From the human T2T-CHM13v2.0 reference genome, Homo sapiens: a DNA stretch of 64,000 nucleotides. The position numbers were made by a program, and so were the translations under genes. The stretch's first letter is position 1; each line of letters opens with the position of its first letter. Shown here in pieces: positions 56,110 to 64,000 of the stretch. Location: assembly GCF_009914755.1 (NCBI RefSeq), contig NC_060932.1, one strand, 5' to 3'. The notes below the pieces were generated by a model, which saw only the letters and a program-made list of their open reading frames with translations, was not told the origin of the DNA and searched no databases.

Positions 56110-58379
56110 AAGGGCTTCATGTAAAAGATCAAAAAATTTAAAAACTCATGAGGAGTTTTTAGATATGTGAGAACTCACTTTTAAAGTGAGTTAAGTCATG
56201 GGATGCATTGCTGGGATTGAACACACATACACAACCTTTGAAGATACTGGAGATTGCTCAAATATCTACTAAATGTGCTTCTGTATTTAACCTTGAGATT
56301 TTATTTTCAGAATGTCTTCTCATAACTTACACATGTATCCACACGATTTTCAATCTAATTTTTAAGATGAAAGTGAGCTTACTTGAGGGTGATTTACATT
56401 TCCTTTATTTCTTCCTTATAAATTATATGTTAAGCTTAATATTCTGATTTACAGAGCTCAGTTTCCTTGTCTTTCCATAAGAAAAAGGCATGTTTCCAAG
56501 GTTTTATTCTAAACAATCCACTGCATTTAATTATGAAAACCTATTGAACTTAGGGAAGTTAGAGGAGAAGAAAAAAAATCACACACCACAAAAGGAAATA
56601 ATTTGGTATTACAAAATCATTGAAATTAGAGATAGAAAAGGCTTATTAGATCATATATCAAAGAAAGTGCATGCATTTGACACTCAGATTTAATATGCCA
56701 GAGATGTTGGGTCACCGGAGGTACTTCTGAGGTTTTGATAAAGTACAGAAACTAAAAAAGAACATTTAAGGAGCAGAGCCCTTAATAAAAGGCAAGATCG
56801 AAGTATGAGAGAGAAATACGTAAGATGCAAAGAAAAGGCAGATGGAGAAATAACACTGAAACATCATGGAGAAAACACTTTTTCCATGTTTTCTGCATAG
56901 AAATGTAAACAGTGACAAAATGTCCAAGGACTGAGGCTTATAAGGGGACTGCTCTAGCCAGAAAAGCCCCTTATGGGGTCAAAGACTGAAGGCTGTTATT
57001 GTGTGGATAACACCCCAACCTTTTATCTATGGAATGTCATTTAACCCTTAGAGATTCCTGGCCTTGTTTTCCTTCTAGTTAAGAGCAATGGGCAGCCATA
57101 AATATTCTCCTGTGTGTGTTGGGAGAAAGCAAGGGAGGAGATATGGCAGAAGGAGCCCTGTCTGATAATGTAAAAGCATGAAAGAACAGACGCTGGCATT
57201 CACTAAGACAATCAGAGCAGAATTACCCCAAAATATTAAGCATCTTCAGATTCTACTATATGACCTCTGATAACACAAATCCTTGGTAAGCCATCATCTT
57301 ATTGATCTTTTATTGTTTTTCTTCATGCACACACACAAAAAATCTGATGCTAAAAACTAGTTGCTGCATGTTGCCCAAAATAGAGAAGCCAGCCAGAATA
57401 CATAGTGAAGTTGGGTAAAAACTTGCTGATAAGCAATATCTAAAACTTACCCAAATCCCTGTCAAGAGTCTACCCACACAGCCTGCACTGTGAATTGGGT
57501 ACTAAGCTTCTCTCGTGATTTATCACATATCTTCACACAAATAAGGCATCACAAATATCTGTCTGTGAAGGGAATGCTGCATCTTCATGACAGCCTTGCA
57601 GTTCAGTTTCTTCAAATTCAAGAGTATTTCCTAATTTCAACCAGGTCACTGTTGCAACTGGGCTAATGAAAACAAAGAGAAAGGAACAAAAATATGTCCT
57701 AACTTGCACAAATTGGACTAATTCTCAGTGAAAAGGGGGAATAAAGTCTGATATACTTTTATAAATATTATGTACAGTCTGTGTGTGTGTGGTGTATTTT
57801 TTTTTTAATAAGAGGCAGTATGGCAGAGTGGGTAAGAGTAGGATTAGGGAATAAGAATCCCTGGATTTAAATTCTAGCTGTTTCACTTATTAGCTTGGTA
57901 AATTGGAACATTATCTTAAGCTCCTTTATCCTTAGTTTCTAAAATAAAAAAAAATTATAGTAGTATTTCTTTAACAAGGTAGTCATGAAAATGAGGATTA
58001 AATTCGATGATCCATATACACTTAGTACTTGCCACACAGGAAGGCCCTAGTAAGAGCTGCATTAAACTAAAAACAAAAACAAAACAAAACCCTAGTTTCT
58101 TAAAATAGATTGTGAATATCTGGAGAACATGACCTTACAGGGTCAACTTTAAAGAATGAGATTTGTCAGGTCTATCATGACATAATACAATGAAGTGCAC
58201 CAGAGAAATAAATCAGAGGGAGAGGAAGCTCTGGAGAGGTAGTGAAACAACATTGTCATCCTTGTACAAAAAAGAGCGATTAACTTGAATCTAGATGGCC
58301 ATAGCATTCTTGATGACAAAGGTATTTCCATATCTTTGCAATAGAGACAATATACTGCCTTTGGTTTCCAGCAATATAA

Positions 58380-58718
<339 letters not shown>

Positions 58719-59262
58719 TGATTTTTGTTATTTACCTTGCTTGGTATTCTCTGAGTTTCTTGGATTTGTGCTTTGATATCTGCAATAATTTTGCAAAATT
58801 CTTGGCCTCCTGAAGAAAGTTCAAATACTTTTTCGGTCTCATTCTTTCTTTTTTCCATCTGGAATTCCAATTACCCATATGCTAGACCATTTGATGTGAT
58901 AGGTGGTTGAAATAGTCTGAGACAGTCCTGATTTCAAAGCACCTTGATTGTTTGCCTGAAAATGCAGTCATCATAGATTGAACCCACTTTTTCTTAACTT
59001 CCATTTGGAGTTTGTGTTATTAAAAAGTTTAAGTAGTGGCATACAAACATTAATGCCATAAGAGTTACCAAAGGAGTGGTATATATGCAGATTTCACGGG
59101 CCAGAATTCTGACTAAGTGACTCTAGTGTGAGGCCTGGGAAAATGTAGCTTTAACAAGCACCATAAATGAGGCTGAGAAAGGGTCATCTGGGGATTTTAC
59201 TTAGAGAAATATCAGCTCTACAAGTCCATTACTTTTTTTTCTACTTGTAATACGCTTTTCAT

Positions 59263-59397
59263 GTTTTTATTATTTTTAAGAGACAGGGTCTTGCTATGTG
59301 AGGCCAGGCCTGGTCTTGAACTCCTGGGCTCAAGTAATTCTCCCACCATAACCTCCCAAAGTGTTGGGGCTACAGGCATGAACCACCATGCCCAGCC
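59263..59397 (-). mobile_element. Alu monomer (FLAM-like)
   Basis: About 135 bp, left-arm-type sequence only. Confidence 0.75.
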
Positions 59398-59494
59398 TAC
59401 TAATGGTACCCTTATAAGCTCTTCCTGAACCTGTACTTTCTTTCATTCATCTTAAAACTGTCTTATTTAATTCATGAATGGATTATTCTTACAA

Positions 59495-60105
59495 CTGCAC
59501 CAGAATGGATAAAAGTAAAAACACTGACAATCCCAAGTGTTGACAAGGATGTGGAGAAACTGGAACTATCCTACAATACTGGTCAAAGCATAAACTGAAA
59601 TAATCTCTTTTGAAAACTTTGGAGTATCTATTAAGCTAAATATACACAAGACCCAACGATTCCATTTCGAAAATGAGTGCTCATTTTCACCAGAAGTCAT
59701 GTACAAGAAAGTTCATGACAGCTTTACTGGAAATAATCCAATGTCCCTCAGCAATAGAATGGATAAATTAAAATATAATTACACAATGGAATGTTTCAAC
59801 AATGAACAACAAAAACTACAGCCATACTCAACACCGATAAATCTGAAGACGAAATGTTAAGTGGAAAAAAACCAGGTATAAAAAAAGTTAATGAAAAAGC
59901 AAAAGCGATCTACAGTGGCAGAGGTTAGAATAGTGGTTACCTTGGAAGACGTCAACTGGAAGGATGCACATGGGAGCCGCTGGGGTTCTAGAAATAGTCT
60001 TATGTCTAGATCTGAGTAAGGTTTACATAAGTGTATGCACATCTGTAAAAATTTATTGAGCTGTACCTAAGATTTGTATACTTTACTATTTATAAGTTAT
60101 ACCAG
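59495..60105 (+). mobile_element. Old L1M (L1ME-like) 3' end
   Basis: aagtgttgacaaggatgtggagaaactggaact...caatagaatggataaa...tgagctgtacctaagattt. Confidence 0.75.
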
Positions 60106-60701
60106 AAAACAAAGAAAGAAAAGGAAGGGAGGGAGAGAGAAAGGAGGGGAAAAAATGGAAAGGAAAGATAAACCATTTTGTCCTAGAATTTGAAAGTGTG
60201 AAAAAGTTTAAAACCCCTTTGGGTCCTTGCCACTAATGGTGTCACAGACTTTATGATGTCCCTTCTCAGCTGTCATATTTCCAGGCTATAAAGAAAGCCT
60301 AGGTGGAGATAATATTTTCTGTAAATAAATGTTAACAGTAGATGGAAATCATATGTGCAAACAGATAACAAGAAAAATATTGTTTACTTTTTTTTGGTTT
60401 TCTCTCTATGGCCAGTCATAAAAAATATTTTCCACAGAAGAATACAGCAAGGTTCAATGACAACAGGAGGCTGAGAAATGTTGGTTTAACCAGGTTATAT
60501 AAGCTGGATTGAACCAAATCTAAGTATTTTCCTCCTACTACAAAAGAGAAGAGTCTTAAACAGGATAAATACATAGGACCCTCCCTGACATGCCTGTCTC
60601 TAATATTTCTTATCAGGAAATTAGATTCAAACAAACACTATGGATTCTTTTTTTTTTTAATGGTAGAAATATATAACATAATTTACCATCTTAACCATTT
60701 T

Positions 60702-61008
<307 letters not shown>

Positions 61009-61324
61009 TCTTAACCATTTTAAAGTGGACAACTCAGTAGTGTTAACTATATTCACCATCATTGTACAACAAATATCCAAAAATTTTTTCATGTTGCAAA
61101 GCTGAAACTCTATGCCCACTGGATAACAACTCCCTAGGCCCTGGCAACTACCATTATACTTTGTTTCTTTAAGTTGGATTACACTAGGTACCTCATATAA
61201 GTGAAATCATGCAGTATGTGTCTTTTTGTGACTGGCTTATTTGACTTAGCATAATGTCCTCGAGGTTCACCCATGTTGTAGCATGTAACAGAATTTCCTT
61301 CATTTTAAAGCTTAACAATATTCC

Positions 61325-61326
<2 letters not shown>

Positions 61327-61357
<31 letters not shown>
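61327..61357. repeat. (TG)15 microsatellite
   Basis: Read directly. Confidence 0.95.
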
Positions 61358-61358
<1 letters not shown>

Positions 61359-62289
61359 TCCACATTTTCTTTATTTAGTCATTTGTTGATGGACATTTGG
61401 GTTACTTTTACATCTTGGCTATTGTGAATATTGCTGCAATAAACATGGCAAAATCTCAGGAATTACCACTAAAGAACTTATCCAAGTAACAAAAAACCAC
61501 TTGTTCCCCCAAAACTATTGAAATAAAAAAAAACTATTAAGTAACAACAACAACAACAAAACCATGGGTGTACAAATATTTCTTCAAGGTTCTGGTTTCA
61601 ATTCTTTTAAATATGTATTCAAGAATGGGACTGATGGATCATATGGTAATTCTATTTTTAATTTTTTGAGGAATCGCCTGTTGATTTCCATAGCAGCTGC
61701 ACTATTTTACAATCTCAACAGTAGACAAAGTTTCCAATTTCTCCACATCCTTGTTGACACTTGTAATTTTCTGTTTTTCAATAGTCGCCATCCTAATGGC
61801 CATGAAGTGACATATCATCAAGGTTTTGATTATTATTTCTCTAATGATTAGTGATATATATTAAGCATCTTTTCATATGCAGGTAACACTATGCATTCTT
61901 AAGGAAAATAAATCACACAATGATCAAGTAAACCCAGAGGGGAAAATGTTGGTAGAAGAAGGAGGTTAGCCCTATTTTTGCATTCATTAAGCTAGGAAGA
62001 ACTATGTATGGACAAATGCCTCAGCCTTTATTTATTTATTTTTAAACTAACCAACTAGGAATCTCCTCCTCTTTGACAAATGTCATTTGGAAAGACAGTC
62101 AGTGAAGTGGGTCCCAGGTGATTTTTGGTGACAGTTTCCCATTGCTGCTTCCAGATTATTATCAACCCATTATCATAAAAGACATCCTTTCCCTTTGGTG
62201 TTATGCCTTCCTCCAATTGCACCTTTGCCCCTTTTTTCATTTGACAGCTTTTCAGTTAGTCACTCACATTCCCTGAGGAACATGGATCA

Positions 62290-62880
62290 CAGACTCATTT
62301 TAATCTCAATCCTACTCTCTATCATACAAATGAACCTACTATCTTACTATTAACCCTTTTCAACTACCCACCCCCATAGCCATACTCTGGACTTCGTTCT
62401 CACTGTGAATGATTCGAGCTCTTAAAGTTGAAACTTTATCACAACCTCCTATGTGACCAGCTGTTCTCACTCCAGCTAATCCTGTCCTTTCACTGTATAC
62501 ACACTCAAGTTCCCTGTACCTCCTCTTTACCCAAGTTTATACACTTCCTCCCGAGTTCACTTTTTCACTCCAGTCCTACACTTAACTCCATACCAGACTC
62601 CCTTGATAAGTATCCTCAAACTCAGTGCCCCTTGTATACATGCTACAAAAGACCAGATAAATGTCAAAGACTACACCATCTGCTTTCTCAATCTACACAC
62701 CACTGGAGAGAAATTTCAATAGTGTGCAGACTGTTGCCAGTACAAGTTAAGTCATGGTCTCTATCCTCACCTAGACGTCAAACCCGCTCAGCAGTTCTTT
62801 GTGAGTGTCTTCCCCACTCTGCAACTTTATTCCAAATTCTACAGGATCATCAGCCTCCATATCTAACCACTACCTGCCAT
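62290..62880 (+). mobile_element. Degenerate L2 ORF2 remnant
   Basis: cat agc cat act ctg gac ttc gtt ctc act = HSHTLDFVLT, resembling the H.HTLDLV.T motif of L2/CR1 endonucleases. C-rich L2-like composition. Confidence 0.5.
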
Positions 62881-63320
62881 CGCTTTCAGAGAGAAGTGTT
62901 CTGCTTTGGGTCGGAGGTGGACAGAATAGTCAAGTTTTCACCTTCTTAATAAGGATTCTGGAAGAAGCAAGGTAGTCTGCTATCTTGGTTCTTCCAACTT
63001 AACAAGCTGTTTTGTTTTAGCAACTCTATTCCATAAAACATCATTCTTAATAAATACTAACTGCTTTTAGTTTTAAAAGCTCCATTATTTGCTAATTTAA
63101 AAAACAATCCACTCAGTTAACCATCAAGAATTATTTTACTTCAAACAAAGATCAAAAGGCCATAGTGGCTCAAAGGAACATAGGAAAAGCCTCTGCGTCA
63201 GAATTTTTAAATTTAATCCCAGGGTAGTTTTGTCTTCTCTATGTGGCCTTTAGCTCACTTTGCCTTAGCTCTCCTACTAAAAAGAGCAAAGAAGATATTA
63301 ATCCTGCTAACTCAACTTAG

Positions 63321-63611
<291 letters not shown>

Positions 63612-64000
63612 TGATACAGAAAGTTAATTTTTCAAATTAGCCTCCAGTGGGAATGCAATTTATAGGAAAATAAGTCCTAATCTTCCACAATGTTTTGACT
63701 AGATCATTGACGAGATGAGTTTTTGAGAACAACTGTGTTTCTACAATTTTCTTTTTGCTACAGATGGAGCAATTTCATTGTTCATTCAGCAAATACTGAG
63801 TACCTACTTGTGTCATTCTGGTTTTTAAGGATTTATTAGCCCAATATATGTTTATTGAATGTCCCCTATGTCAACTGCTTCACCGCTTTCATTATGGTGT
63901 ATATTTGTACCCTGGAGTTGGGGGTGGGGGGTGGGAGTGCCAGATGATTCATTAGGATATGACAAGGAAATAGACTGTATATTAAAATTTATTTACTTTT

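Noticed and set aside
62428-62949. Longest ORF in the track (173 aa)
   Set aside because: It has a non-ATG start, no recognisable domain and S/L/H/P-rich composition, and it overlaps a decayed L2-like region.

Overview
Human (or close primate) genomic DNA, mostly intronic, AT-rich and dense in transposons (Alu, L1, L2, MIR, MaLR/ERVL LTRs, DNA-transposon MITEs). The only coding sequence I can support is one minus-strand exon (acceptor at 34135) encoding the C-terminal half of a SAM domain, ...[47 protein letters not shown], which I recognise as SAMD12 (8q24). The exon is composite: it can splice out at a weak donor (33995) or read through 47 more codons to a stop at 33852 and a 3' UTR with AATAAA signals. 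About 12.6 kb downstream in gene orientation, an Alu tail carries (TTTTA)7 TTA (TTTTA)13. This is the known FAME1/BAFME1 repeat locus in its normal, unexpanded, TTTCA-free form. The other ORFs in the track are repeat-derived or chance. I see no evidence for a new multi-gene system. The most interesting items are the splice-versus-polyadenylation switch upstream of the disease repeat, a transposon-derived hairpin in the 3' UTR, a MADE1 hairpin, inverted Alu clusters and a local 157-bp duplication. Repeat subfamily names are by eye and their boundaries are approximate.
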